Sequence record: NC_134264.1
Direction: 5' to 3' (one strand)
Length of the DNA stretch: 64,000 nucleotides
From: Escherichia phage Lindwurm
The position numbers and the translations under genes were made by a program. Each line of letters opens with the position of its first letter. Positions within the stretch are counted from its first letter, which is position 1. The notes beneath the pieces were generated by a model, which was given only the letters and a program-made list of their open reading frames with translations, ran no database searches and had not been told where the DNA came from. Below are positions 20,398 through 29,563 of the stretch, piece by piece.

Positions 20398-22826
20398 TGG
20401 CAGTAACTACTAAAATTATTGTACAGCAGATATTAAATATTGATGATACTAAAGCTACTGCTAGTAAATTTCCTAGATATACAGTAGCTCTAGGTAATTC
20501 TATTAGCTCTATTACCGCAAGTGAGTTAGTATCTTCTATTGAGGCAGCAGCTAAGTCTGCTGCAGCTGCAAAAGATTCTGAGATAGCGGCTAAAACTTCG
20601 GAACTTAATGCTAAGAACTCTGAACAGGAAGCTGCTATTTCTGCTGGAGCTTCTGAAACTTCTGCTACTCAGTCCGCTGCATCCGCTACTCAGTCTGCAG
20701 CATCAGCAACTGCTGCTAAAACATCTGAGGCTAACGCAAAGGCTAGCGAAGTTAGTGCTGCTGAGTATGCTGCCGCTGCTAAAACTTCTGAGACTAATGC
20801 AAAGGCTAGCGAAGTTAGTGCATCTGGATATGCTGATTCAGCAAAAACTAGTGAAACTAATGCAAAAACTAGTGAAACTAATGCAAAAACTAGTGAGACT
20901 AATGCAAAAACTAGTGAGACTAATGCAGCTGCATCTGCTTCTAGCTCTAGAGGATCCAGGGATGAGGCAGAAGTATTCGCAACACAAGCTGCCGCATCAG
21001 CAGCAGCAGCAAAAAATTCGGAAAGTAATGCAAGTGCTAGTGAGATTAATTCAAAAGCTAGTGAAGATGCTGCCAAGCAAGCGCAAGTAGATGCTGCTGG
21101 TTCTGCCAACACTGCATCACAAGCTGTAAACACAATTCAAGGTCTTAAATCAGAGGTTGAGCAGTTAAAAACAGACACACAGGGTATTAAGGATAGTGCA
21201 GTAAGGGAAACTACTGCGTTAAAAGATGCCACCGCTGCATCAGCTGCACAAGCTATAACCACAATTGAAGGTCTTAAATCAGATGTTGAACAGTTAAAAA
21301 CCGACACCCAGAGTATTAAGGACAATGCAGTAACGGAAACTACAGCGCTAAAAGACGCTGCGGCTGCTTCAGCTACACAAGCAAGTAATAGCGCTACCGA
21401 AGCGGGACAACAAGCCAGCAATGCTGCTGGTAGTGCAAATAGCGCTAAGGGTGACGCTGACCGTGCAAATGCAGAAGCAGACCGTGCGGAAGTTGCAGCT
21501 AATAGGGCTCCTGATCTTCAACCATTCCCTGATGTATGGATTCCATTTAATGACTCGCTTGATATGCTTGCAGGTTACTCGCCAGGGTATAAGAAAATAA
21601 CAGTTGGTGAAGATGTTATTACAATGCCTTCTGATAAGGTTGTTAGTTTCTCGCGTGCGTCAAATGCAACATACATAAATAAGCATGGTGAATTTTGTAT
21701 TGCTAATATCGATGAACCCCGATTTGAAAAGCAAGGACTCTTGATTGAAGGCCAGAGGACAAATCACATTACTTTCAGTAATGACCCAGCTTCATTAAAT
21801 ACAGATAAATACCGTAGTGATGTTACTTATAGTGTTGATAAGTATGGTTTTGCATATGCAACGGCGACAGCAAACGAAAAGTCACAAGGTGTGTATCCTT
21901 CATTATTTTATTGTGAAACCGTAAATGCAATCAACTGTCAGCAAAATGAATACGTTTCTTTATCTATACGAGTAAAGGCAAACTTGGATATCTATATCAC
22001 CCCACAATTTTATTTAGTAGGTGAGGATGGAGGTCTTATTCTTGGAGCTAGATCTTTCATAAATTGCGAAACCGGCGAAGTTTCTTCTGTAGTAGAAGGG
22101 AGGGGGACTATAGCACATAGAATATATAGAGAAGACAACGGATGGTTGAAAGTTGAAGCTATGTGTAAATTTGTAGAACGTGGAGGTAGTTCTATTGGAT
22201 CTGTAAATTATTGTCGGAATAATGATCAACCTGCGCAAGTTGGGGATACAATATCATTTTGTACTCCTCAATTTGAAAAAGGTTTTTGTGCATCCTCCTT
22301 CATTATTACGGGAAGCACGCCTGCAACAAGGGCTCTGGATTATGTTACTATACCTGCAAGAAATAATTTCTCAGGGACGAATATTTCATTCCTTGCTGAG
22401 GTAAGTATCAACTGGGATAGCTTTCAATTAGCTAATACATATCCAATGATAATGGACAACAATAAATATGATATAGCCGGAGAATCTTTTGTATCTGAGA
22501 TGATTATATCTACAATGCAGCCCAACGTTTACTTTTTAAATAAAGAAACTGGTAGCCCCATTGGTTCGAATGGAGCTTCGTTTAGCGGGGTAGGCGTCCC
22601 CTCTGTATGGGGGTTTATACATACAAAAAATGGGGATGTAACATCGTTTTTGAATGGTTTTAAGAATATAACATCCTCCGGTTCAACGTGGGAAGGACTA
22701 TCTCCGGATTCCTTGCTGGAGATAGGCGGTAGACCTTCAAATTCAACTAAATTGTATGGTCATATTCGTAACCTTAGAATATGGAATCGAGTATTAACGG
22801 ATAGTCAAATGAGGGAGAGAGTTTAA
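20397..22826 (+). CDS. lateral tail fibre protein, proximal subunit (809 aa), pb1-like N-terminus with heptad/43-aa repeats
   Basis: N-terminus resembles T5 L-shaped fibre as recalled (ITASKFPRYTV, KTSETNA repeats); distinct C-terminal domain. Confidence 0.8.
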   Translation: MAVTTKIIVQQILNIDDTKATASKFPRYTVALGNSISSITASELVSSIEAAAKSAAAAKDSEIAAKTSELNAKNSEQEAAISAGASETSATQSAASATQSAASATAAKTSEANAKASEVSAAEYAAAAKTSETNAKASEVSASGYADSAKTSETNAKTSETNAKTSETNAKTSETNAAASASSSRGSRDEAEVFATQAAASAAAAKNSESNASASEINSKASEDAAKQAQVDAAGSANTASQAVNTIQGLKSEVEQLKTDTQGIKDSAVRETTALKDATAASAAQAITTIEGLKSDVEQLKTDTQSIKDNAVTETTALKDAAAASATQASNSATEAGQQASNAAGSANSAKGDADRANAEADRAEVAANRAPDLQPFPDVWIPFNDSLDMLAGYSPGYKKITVGEDVITMPSDKVVSFSRASNATYINKHGEFCIANIDEPRFEKQGLLIEGQRTNHITFSNDPASLNTDKYRSDVTYSVDKYGFAYATATANEKSQGVYPSLFYCETVNAINCQQNEYVSLSIRVKANLDIYITPQFYLVGEDGGLILGARSFINCETGEVSSVVEGRGTIAHRIYREDNGWLKVEAMCKFVERGGSSIGSVNYCRNNDQPAQVGDTISFCTPQFEKGFCASSFIITGSTPATRALDYVTIPARNNFSGTNISFLAEVSINWDSFQLANTYPMIMDNNKYDIAGESFVSEMIISTMQPNVYFLNKETGSPIGSNGASFSGVGVPSVWGFIHTKNGDVTSFLNGFKNITSSGSTWEGLSPDSLLEIGGRPSNSTKLYGHIRNLRIWNRVLTDSQMRERV
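20844..20927 (+). repeat. 4 x 21-bp perfect/near-perfect tandem repeat inside fibre gene (encodes KTSETNA heptads)
   Basis: AAAACTAGTGA(A/G)ACTAATGCA repeated head-to-tail four times. Confidence 0.9.
21120..21377 (+). repeat. 2 x 129-bp imperfect direct repeat inside fibre gene (43-aa module)
   Basis: CAAGCTGTAAACACAATTCAAGGTCTTAAATCAG... vs CAAGCTATAACCACAATTGAAGGTCTTAAATCAG... Confidence 0.85.
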
Positions 22827-22827
22827 A

Positions 22828-23094
22828 GTGAAAGATATTAGCTTGCAATTTAAAGACGAAAAACATTATCGGGATGTTGTCATTAGTAGTGAGTGGCTTA
22901 AGACAAACTACGGTAAAGTGTTTGTAGATGAAATTGGTTTTGTCCTCATAGTAGATGACCCGAAAAGTAAGACTCCAGTTGTCATTGGAAAAGAGGGCTA
23001 TTATATAAACATAAGAATAATAGGGGACGATGTGGACTTGTCAGATCTTGAACAATTTATTATTAAGAATCCCTGCGTACGTAAATGGGCATAA
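22828..23094 (+). CDS. small protein between fibre genes (88 aa, GTG start), possible fibre adaptor/assembly factor
   Basis: GTG start 7-10 nt after GAGGGAGAGAG; tightly packed between two fibre genes. Confidence 0.45.
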   Translation: MKDISLQFKDEKHYRDVVISSEWLKTNYGKVFVDEIGFVLIVDDPKSKTPVVIGKEGYYINIRIIGDDVDLSDLEQFIIKNPCVRKWA

Positions 23095-23104
23095 GAGGTG
23101 ATCA

Positions 23105-24865
23105 ATGACTACTTATACTAGTATTCCCCAGGATATTACAAAACTTAAAAACGAGTCTCTTAATAAGAATAATAACTTAAGCGACTTAGCAGATCGCGCA
23201 GCTGCGTGGCTAAATGTTCGTCCTATTGGATCTACTCCCCTTGCGGGAGACCCTGTTAATGATTATGATGCTGTAACTAAGCGTTGGGTGGAGAACAAAA
23301 TTAATACTGGTACAGTAGGACCCACAATGAATGGTGTTATGAACTACGGGGTAGGGGATTTTCATCTTCGAGATAGCCGTGCGTATATTCAACCTTATGA
23401 GGTAGTTTCTGATGGGCAGCTTCTTAACAGGGCTGACTGGCCGGAGCTTTGGGCTTACGCTCAAATGGTGGGGGCAATTAGTGATGACATTTGGGTGTCT
23501 GATACCAAACAACGTGGGAAATATTCTACGGGAGATGGTACCACTACTTTCCGCGTCCCAGATCGTAATGGTGTGCAACTAAATTCAATCAAAGGGTTAT
23601 TCGCTCGTGGTGACGGTGGGGGAGATGCTGGTCAAGCTGGTTCAATATCAGAAGCTGCAGCACCCAATATTACTGGTAGTTTTCCTGGCGCTATTGCTGG
23701 TGCGTATGAATCCGCAATTAACGTATATTCATCACAAAAAGGTCTTCCCGGTGCGCTCAATGGGGAAAATGGATTAGGTGTTGATAGGGACGGTTTAAGT
23801 AAATCTGGCACTGTACCTGCACCGGATAATACATACGGATTTAGCTTTGATGCTAGTAGAGCTGACCCTGTTTATGGACGTTATGGAATAACAGGTACTA
23901 TTATTCCAAATAACTTTATAGGTGTCTGGGTAATCCGCGCATCAGGCGGGTTCGTTGCTGCGAATACATCGTGGAGTGTTAAGAACGCCGATAAAAGCGC
24001 ACCTCCGCTCGGCACTGTCGTCCGTGGCGGTGAGGTGGTATCGGAATATTCCAACCCAGAATCTAAGAAGTTCGCCCGTCTGTACTCAAGCTCTGTATGG
24101 GGTTCTCCTAACGCGGCTGTTGTTGAATCTCAAGGGGCAGATATGCACCCATTCAGGTTCTATGAGAACGGTAACATGGACTTCCGAAAGTCCGGTCATG
24201 GAAACGCTTTGGGGATGTATTCTGTCCAGGTCTCCTGGGATCCGTTACTCCGTGCGGGGACGTCCAACTTGGTTACGGGCGGGGTTGATCGTGTGTCGGA
24301 AGGTGCTGGCTCGGATATCGTAGTAGTTGGTTATTCACTTGGTGCGGTTGGCCCAACAGGGTATCCAACCAAAGTAGGATTCCACCAATACATGCCGGGA
24401 AGTCCTGCATTCGGTTCGGCGGTCATTACTGTTGGTGGTGATAACAATAATTGGGCGCGGTACTTCTTTGATATCACCGGGCAGATTTACGGGGCTACAA
24501 GCAACGGCGAGTTCAGCTACACGCGTAACGGTGTATCTGATGAGCGGGTTAAGCATGACATCTCCCCTGTAGGTGTTGATAAGTCGTACTCTAATATTCA
24601 AGGTCTGGAGTTTGTAAAGTTCGTCTACAATAACGACGAGCAGGAGCGCGTCCGGCATGGTGTAATCGCGCAGCAGGCGGAGACTGTTGAACCTCTATAC
24701 GTTAAGACCCGTAAGTACGTGGGTATTAATCCAGGAGAGGTTGTGGAGCAGAAGGAACTGGACACCACGCCGATGCTTCTGGATACCATGCACGTTGTGC
24801 AAGTATTGATGCAGAGAATCGAATCGATGGAAGCTGAGATTGCTGAATTAAAGGCAAGTAAGTAA
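23105..24865 (+). CDS. tail fibre protein, distal subunit (586 aa) with phage tail-collar-type motif and C-terminal intramolecular chaperone (peptidase S74-like) domain
   Basis: N-terminal fibre motif DPVNDYDAVTKRWVE; FRVPDRNGVQ...RGDGGG; C-terminal SDERVKHDIS... chaperone signature. Confidence 0.8.
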   Translation: MTTYTSIPQDITKLKNESLNKNNNLSDLADRAAAWLNVRPIGSTPLAGDPVNDYDAVTKRWVENKINTGTVGPTMNGVMNYGVGDFHLRDSRAYIQPYEVVSDGQLLNRADWPELWAYAQMVGAISDDIWVSDTKQRGKYSTGDGTTTFRVPDRNGVQLNSIKGLFARGDGGGDAGQAGSISEAAAPNITGSFPGAIAGAYESAINVYSSQKGLPGALNGENGLGVDRDGLSKSGTVPAPDNTYGFSFDASRADPVYGRYGITGTIIPNNFIGVWVIRASGGFVAANTSWSVKNADKSAPPLGTVVRGGEVVSEYSNPESKKFARLYSSSVWGSPNAAVVESQGADMHPFRFYENGNMDFRKSGHGNALGMYSVQVSWDPLLRAGTSNLVTGGVDRVSEGAGSDIVVVGYSLGAVGPTGYPTKVGFHQYMPGSPAFGSAVITVGGDNNNWARYFFDITGQIYGATSNGEFSYTRNGVSDERVKHDISPVGVDKSYSNIQGLEFVKFVYNNDEQERVRHGVIAQQAETVEPLYVKTRKYVGINPGEVVEQKELDTTPMLLDTMHVVQVLMQRIESMEAEIAELKASK

Positions 24866-24868
24866 ATA

Positions 24869-24902
24869 AAAACCCCAAAGGGATATCCCTTTGGGGTTTT
24901 TT
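24869..24902. terminator. bidirectional terminator between convergent fibre and dUTPase genes
   Basis: 14-bp perfect stem AAAACCCCAAAGGG/CCCTTTGGGGTTTT flanked by A-tract and T-tract. Confidence 0.85.
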
Positions 24903-24926
24903 ATTATTACTTAACTAATGGGTGGA

Positions 24927-25373
24927 TTATTTACTTCCTGAACTTCCAAATCCACCTTCCCCACGATCAGTCTCCCCTAGTTTATCAACTATTTCAAAAT
25001 TATGCGTTGAGTAGTGCGGTACTACTACTAGTTGACAAAGTCTTTCAAAATTCTCCAGAGTTTGAATTTCAGAACCATAGTTATAGAGGTTCATCTTAAT
25101 AGTTCCACGATAGTCTGAGTCGATCACTCCTGTGGTATTTGCAATCATCAAATGACGTTTACCTAAAGAACTACGAGGAACTACCAAACCGAACCAACCT
25201 CGCGGAATTTCCACCGCGACACCGGTGTCAATCATTAAGGATTTGCCGGGTGCAATAGCACGTAAATCTGCAGCAGGGTTAGTACCAAAGAATGCTCGCA
25301 GATCCATACCTGCAGCATCTTCGGAACCAATCTTAGGCATACAATCTGGATGAGTTAACTTAATTTTAATCAT
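24927..25373 (-). CDS. dut: dUTPase
   Basis: Motifs RSSLGK, GVIDSDYRG typical of trimeric dUTPases. Confidence 0.9.
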   Translation of the reverse strand: MIKIKLTHPDCMPKIGSEDAAGMDLRAFFGTNPAADLRAIAPGKSLMIDTGVAVEIPRGWFGLVVPRSSLGKRHLMIANTTGVIDSDYRGTIKMNLYNYGSEIQTLENFERLCQLVVVPHYSTHNFEIVDKLGETDRGEGGFGSSGSK

Positions 25374-26245
25374 TGTTCTGCAATCTCCAAAATATCTTTT
25401 GTAAACTTATCTAATACATCTTGACCTACAGCAGCAATAGCGTCTACACAGTAGGTTGGTAAATCAACCAGAATTAGGTTTCGGTAAAGCAATTCTTCCG
25501 AAGCATTTAAATTCTGTATATACTTCTGTTTTCCGGGCAAGGGAAGCTGATCAATAATATCCAGAACGTTACCAAATTCACGAATAATATTATACCCGCG
25601 TTTTGCTCCAATACCTTCAACACCACGGATATTATCCCCTAAATCACCCATAATTGCTTTTAGGGAGATAAACTGCTCTACATCGTCAACATTATGATGC
25701 TCATACATATCACGAAGATGGTATTCACGACGTGTTGTGAAAGAGAATCGAGAAACTTTATCAGTTAATAAAGTATCCCAGTCACCATCAGTAGAAATCA
25801 ACCAAACGTGATCATACAGATGTCCAATGAGTTTAACGATATAAGCCGCCATATCATCTGCTTCTACACCACGAATAGTGAATGTTGGGAATGTAGTTTC
25901 ACATAATTCGAAAGCATCTTTCAAGTACTCGAAGAACTGCTCATCTAACGCTTTCTCCTCTTCCGTGCGCTGAGAGTATTTCTCATCTCGATTCCCTTTA
26001 TACTCGGGGAGATGCTCTAAGCGGAATGCGGACTTCCCTTTATCTCCTAAAACTATTGTGGTTCTAGCAGAATAAGATTTTGCTAGAGATTGAATAGTGG
26101 AGACATAACTTGAGGCAAATGGTTTTTTACTATTGTTATGCTTGAAGCGAAAGCCTAAGTTAGTTCCATCGACAATCATTAGGTTACGACGGGAAGCCAT
26201 TTCAGCTTCCTCTTCTTCAATAAATTTTCCCCAGGATTTACTCAT
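25370..26245 (-). CDS. flap endonuclease / 5'-3' exonuclease (291 aa)
   Basis: N-terminus MSKSWGKFIEEEEAEMASRRNLMIVDGTNLGFRF matches T5 D15 exonuclease as I recall it; FEN acidic residues present. Confidence 0.9.
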   Translation of the reverse strand: MSKSWGKFIEEEEAEMASRRNLMIVDGTNLGFRFKHNNSKKPFASSYVSTIQSLAKSYSARTTIVLGDKGKSAFRLEHLPEYKGNRDEKYSQRTEEEKALDEQFFEYLKDAFELCETTFPTFTIRGVEADDMAAYIVKLIGHLYDHVWLISTDGDWDTLLTDKVSRFSFTTRREYHLRDMYEHHNVDDVEQFISLKAIMGDLGDNIRGVEGIGAKRGYNIIREFGNVLDIIDQLPLPGKQKYIQNLNASEELLYRNLILVDLPTYCVDAIAAVGQDVLDKFTKDILEIAEQ

Positions 26246-26727
26246 TATTTAATTAAGTCCTCAACAGATGCATGATGTAGCCACGGCTCAAATAAACCAA
26301 TTACGATTTCCATGTCTTTCTTATTTAACACCATATGGGTACGACTCATTAAGTTGTCAACCATCGGGTCTGAGCTATCCAAAGCTATTAACCACTGTCC
26401 TCTGTCTTTTTTGAATATTAATGCAGGTTTGGAGTTCATCTGCTCACCCTCACGTGAGCACTGCTGCCACCACTTCTCTAGAGTGGATTCACCAACATTA
26501 AATAAATTACTTGATATATTATCATCTTTATACCACTTAACTTCGAAGCAGTATTTACTAATGTGTCCGCTTTGTGGTGGAAGGTAGATGTCACCTTTCA
26601 GTCCGTGGCTCTGGCCAAAAGCACCAGAACCAGGAACACGTTCCCACTCAAGACCTGTACGTTCACGTAAAATATCTCTTACCTGATATTCACCACGTTT
26701 ACCTTTCTCTCTACTATCTACGGCCAT
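26245..26727 (-). CDS. Hjc-like Holliday junction resolvase / PD-(D/E)xK nuclease (putative)
   Basis: KGKRGEYQVRDIL...GSG...GDIY...CFEVK pattern resembling archaeal-type Hjc resolvases. Confidence 0.5.
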   Translation of the reverse strand: MAVDSREKGKRGEYQVRDILRERTGLEWERVPGSGAFGQSHGLKGDIYLPPQSGHISKYCFEVKWYKDDNISSNLFNVGESTLEKWWQQCSREGEQMNSKPALIFKKDRGQWLIALDSSDPMVDNLMSRTHMVLNKKDMEIVIGLFEPWLHHASVEDLIK

Positions 26728-26730
26728 GTT

Positions 26731-28569
26731 TTATTCTAAGTAGGAAAATCCTTCTGCATCTTTTTTGACAGTAATCTTATGAGCTAATGGATGCGTATGC
26801 CCATGAGAAACAATGATAGAATTTAGACTTTCTTCCTCATTTAATAGTTCAACGAGAGTATCAAGTCCTTTAGTATCAATAAAGCTAATTACTTCATCAA
26901 GGAATAGTAAATTAATATTAACTTTACTAATAGATGTTAGTAGCATTCGAATAGCTAACAGAGTTGCTAGGTTGATTCGACTTTGTTGACCAGTAGAGCA
27001 GTTCTCCATACTGGTACGATTTCCATCATTGAAGATTACTACTTGTAATTTTGTTTCATCAAGTTCAAATCCAAGTGCGAACTTACCACCAGTCATAATG
27101 GAAAGGTATTTATTGATAAGCTCTTCAAATACTTTCACACTATGCTCTAGCTTATATCCTACCAGATTCTTTAATGCAGCGATCAGAATATCGAGATCAG
27201 CAACAGCTTCTGATACCTCATCCAGTTTGGAAGTAATCTCAGACATTTCTGCCTCAGCTTTCTCAATCTGTTCTAGTTTCGCTTTATATTTTGCATTGGC
27301 TAATTCGACATTTGCATTATGCTCTTTGGCAATTGCAACCTTAGAACGGCCATCAGCGATTTCCTGTTCTAATTGTCGGATTTGCACCTGTAGGATTTGC
27401 ACATTGAGTTCTTCAAAAGAAGCATCACTCATTGAGTTTTTGAACTCGTCTCTAGCTGTTACTGCCTTATCCAAAGCATCCTTTGCTCTAGTATATGCAG
27501 TGTATTCAAGTTGTTCTTTCTTCAGCTGTTCTAGCTTAGCTTCTAGAGATTGCTTCTCTTTGAACAGAGGATCATATTCTGTTCTAGCCATATCCATTGC
27601 TTTTTGAGCAGCGGTTGTATCCAGATGAGTACCACAAGTAGGACATTCAGTATTTGAAGCTTCTTGCTTGAACTTCTGATAACGTTTCTTGACTTCGCCC
27701 GCACGTGAGGTCACAATCGTTAGGTCACACGTAACACTTGAGATCTCTTCGTTTTGGTCGGTGGGCGCAGGTAAATTTTTGAAAGGCTCGAAAGATTGTT
27801 CGGCAACTTGTACAGCTTTGTCCAAATTACGCAATTTAGTAATATTAGCCTCTTGTGACTTGGCTAATGCCGCCTTAATTTTCGATTCAGTAAGTTCTTG
27901 TGCTAATGGCTCTTCATCAAACTCAGGCACTTCTACAGGTTCCTGCAAAGTTCCCAGATTATTCTTTCCATTAAGGATTTTCGTAATTACAGCCATTTGG
28001 CCCTGCAAATTATTCAAGGTATTTGCTATTTCTTTACGGTCAGCCTTAATAGTTTCTGACATTTCTTTGTACTGTTCTTGATTGAACAAGTTAACAAGGA
28101 AAGCCTTACGTGTTGCATCCGTTGCTTTTAGAAAGTCTAGATTGGAACCCACTGATTGATAAATTAGTTTGGTGAACGTTTGGAAGTCACCTCCCATAAT
28201 CTCTTCAATCATCTTGTATGTTTGAGTTGCCGTGTGTCCACTAATATCTTCTCCATTCTTAATAAGAGTTACTTTAGCAGTTGATTTAACTACTTTATGC
28301 AGTTCGTACTCATCTTCATCTTTCGAGAAGTAAGCGTGCATATCATACTCTTTTTTAGGAGAAGACCAAGAGAACAGAGCATCCTTCTTAATACCACGTG
28401 AGTTCTTATTATAGAATAGTTCTTCAATAACAGTGGCGATGGTGGATTTCCCTAGCCCATTGCCGCCAATTAATTGAGTAACTGGATTCTTATCGAAATG
28501 AATTACGATGTCCTTACCGTAAGACATAACGTTACTAAATTTTAGTGTTTTAATTGTAATCTTTGACAT
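26731..28569 (-). CDS. SbcC/Rad50-like recombination ATPase
   Basis: Walker A GGNGLGKST, long central coiled coil, Walker B LLFLDEV; start moved to ATG at 28569 (MSKITIKTLKF). Confidence 0.8.
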   Translation of the reverse strand: MSKITIKTLKFSNVMSYGKDIVIHFDKNPVTQLIGGNGLGKSTIATVIEELFYNKNSRGIKKDALFSWSSPKKEYDMHAYFSKDEDEYELHKVVKSTAKVTLIKNGEDISGHTATQTYKMIEEIMGGDFQTFTKLIYQSVGSNLDFLKATDATRKAFLVNLFNQEQYKEMSETIKADRKEIANTLNNLQGQMAVITKILNGKNNLGTLQEPVEVPEFDEEPLAQELTESKIKAALAKSQEANITKLRNLDKAVQVAEQSFEPFKNLPAPTDQNEEISSVTCDLTIVTSRAGEVKKRYQKFKQEASNTECPTCGTHLDTTAAQKAMDMARTEYDPLFKEKQSLEAKLEQLKKEQLEYTAYTRAKDALDKAVTARDEFKNSMSDASFEELNVQILQVQIRQLEQEIADGRSKVAIAKEHNANVELANAKYKAKLEQIEKAEAEMSEITSKLDEVSEAVADLDILIAALKNLVGYKLEHSVKVFEELINKYLSIMTGGKFALGFELDETKLQVVIFNDGNRTSMENCSTGQQSRINLATLLAIRMLLTSISKVNINLLFLDEVISFIDTKGLDTLVELLNEEESLNSIIVSHGHTHPLAHKITVKKDAEGFSYLE

Positions 28570-29527
28570 ATTTCGCAGCTCTAGCCAAGATTCTATCAAT
28601 GTCGCCTTGAGATAGCTTCTCGACTTCACGGAAGTAAAGTTCAAGTTCACCTAACATATCAAGATCAACAAGATTTAACTTAGCGTCTTTAGTAACTCGA
28701 TGGTTAATCTTCTTATCTAATAAATCAGAGTCTTTGATAGACTTTAATTGAACAACGTCACCAGTAACCTCATAGACTACACGATCATAATCACTAGGTT
28801 CCATCTCTTCACCAGCTCCGATTGTTTTACGAATCAGTTGTGGTAAATCACCGAGTTCAATCCATTCTACTTTTAATGTATTGGTATCAACGATAAAGCA
28901 ACCATTTGTACCTTTTGTGCGTTCTCTATGGAACGATGTAGTTAATGGAGACCCTGGGTAGAGAAGTCTAGTAGATCCGATAGTCTGGCTATTAGTATAA
29001 GAATGTAAATCGCCAGCAATTACAGTATCATAACAGTTGTACTTAGTTAGATCAATTTCTGGTTTTACATGCGGAGGGATTTCACCGCGAACATGCGTGA
29101 AACATAGTTTTGATTCAGATGGTTTCCACTTAGATTTATGGATTTCATCATATGGAACAATATCAAATTCAGGGGAACGATATGGTTTGGTAATTACTTC
29201 CCACTTCCCACTAGTTACTTTATTAATAACTCCTGCATAGTGATACAGACATGAAATGGTTTTAGTTAGCATTTCATGATTTCCAGTAAAGATTTTGCCT
29301 GGATGGTCAAGTCTTGACATGAACTGTTCAAGCAGTTCTATTTCTTCTGACGACGGGTCGGCAACATCAAGTATATCACCACCAGCAATATGAAGATCAC
29401 AGTTATGATTATGGAATATATCATTTAACCGTTCTCCTAGCATCAGGAAGCGACGCTTCTGCCATTCCTTTGGAACTTTATCTTGTCCTAGTTTGATATG
29501 ATGATCAGCACTAAATAATATTCTCAT
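28550..29527 (-). CDS. SbcD/Mre11-like nuclease
   Basis: Metallophosphatase motifs ADHH, GNHE, GDLH. Confidence 0.8.
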   Translation of the reverse strand: MRILFSADHHIKLGQDKVPKEWQKRRFLMLGERLNDIFHNHNCDLHIAGGDILDVADPSSEEIELLEQFMSRLDHPGKIFTGNHEMLTKTISCLYHYAGVINKVTSGKWEVITKPYRSPEFDIVPYDEIHKSKWKPSESKLCFTHVRGEIPPHVKPEIDLTKYNCYDTVIAGDLHSYTNSQTIGSTRLLYPGSPLTTSFHRERTKGTNGCFIVDTNTLKVEWIELGDLPQLIRKTIGAGEEMEPSDYDRVVYEVTGDVVQLKSIKDSDLLDKKINHRVTKDAKLNLVDLDMLGELELYFREVEKLSQGDIDRILARAAKYVKDYN

Positions 29528-29531
29528 TGGT

Positions 29532-29556
29532 TAAAAAGAAAGGGGCCGAAGCCCCT
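29532..29556 (-). terminator. hairpin (UUCG loop on - strand) between ssb-like gene and sbcD-like gene
   Basis: AGGGGC-TTCG-GCCCCT then TTTCTTTTT on - strand. Confidence 0.6.
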
Positions 29557-29563
29557 CTATTTA

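Noticed and set aside
20844-20927. Short perfect direct repeats that superficially resemble a CRISPR array
   Set aside because: Units are head-to-tail with no spacers, are in-frame coding sequence of the fibre gene (KTSETNA heptads), and no cas genes are present.
20608-21421. Six-frame ORFs on both strands inside the fibre repeat region (20608..21090 +, 20690..21133 -, 21137..21421 -)
   Set aside because: Low-complexity Ala/Ser/Thr-rich repeat DNA yields stop-free shadow frames; they sit entirely inside the well-supported fibre CDS and lack promoters or RBS.
27029-28081. Two + strand ORFs (192 and 130 aa) opposite the SbcC-like gene
   Set aside because: Antisense to a motif-supported CDS; Ser/Cys-rich low-complexity translations typical of reverse frames of coiled-coil genes.
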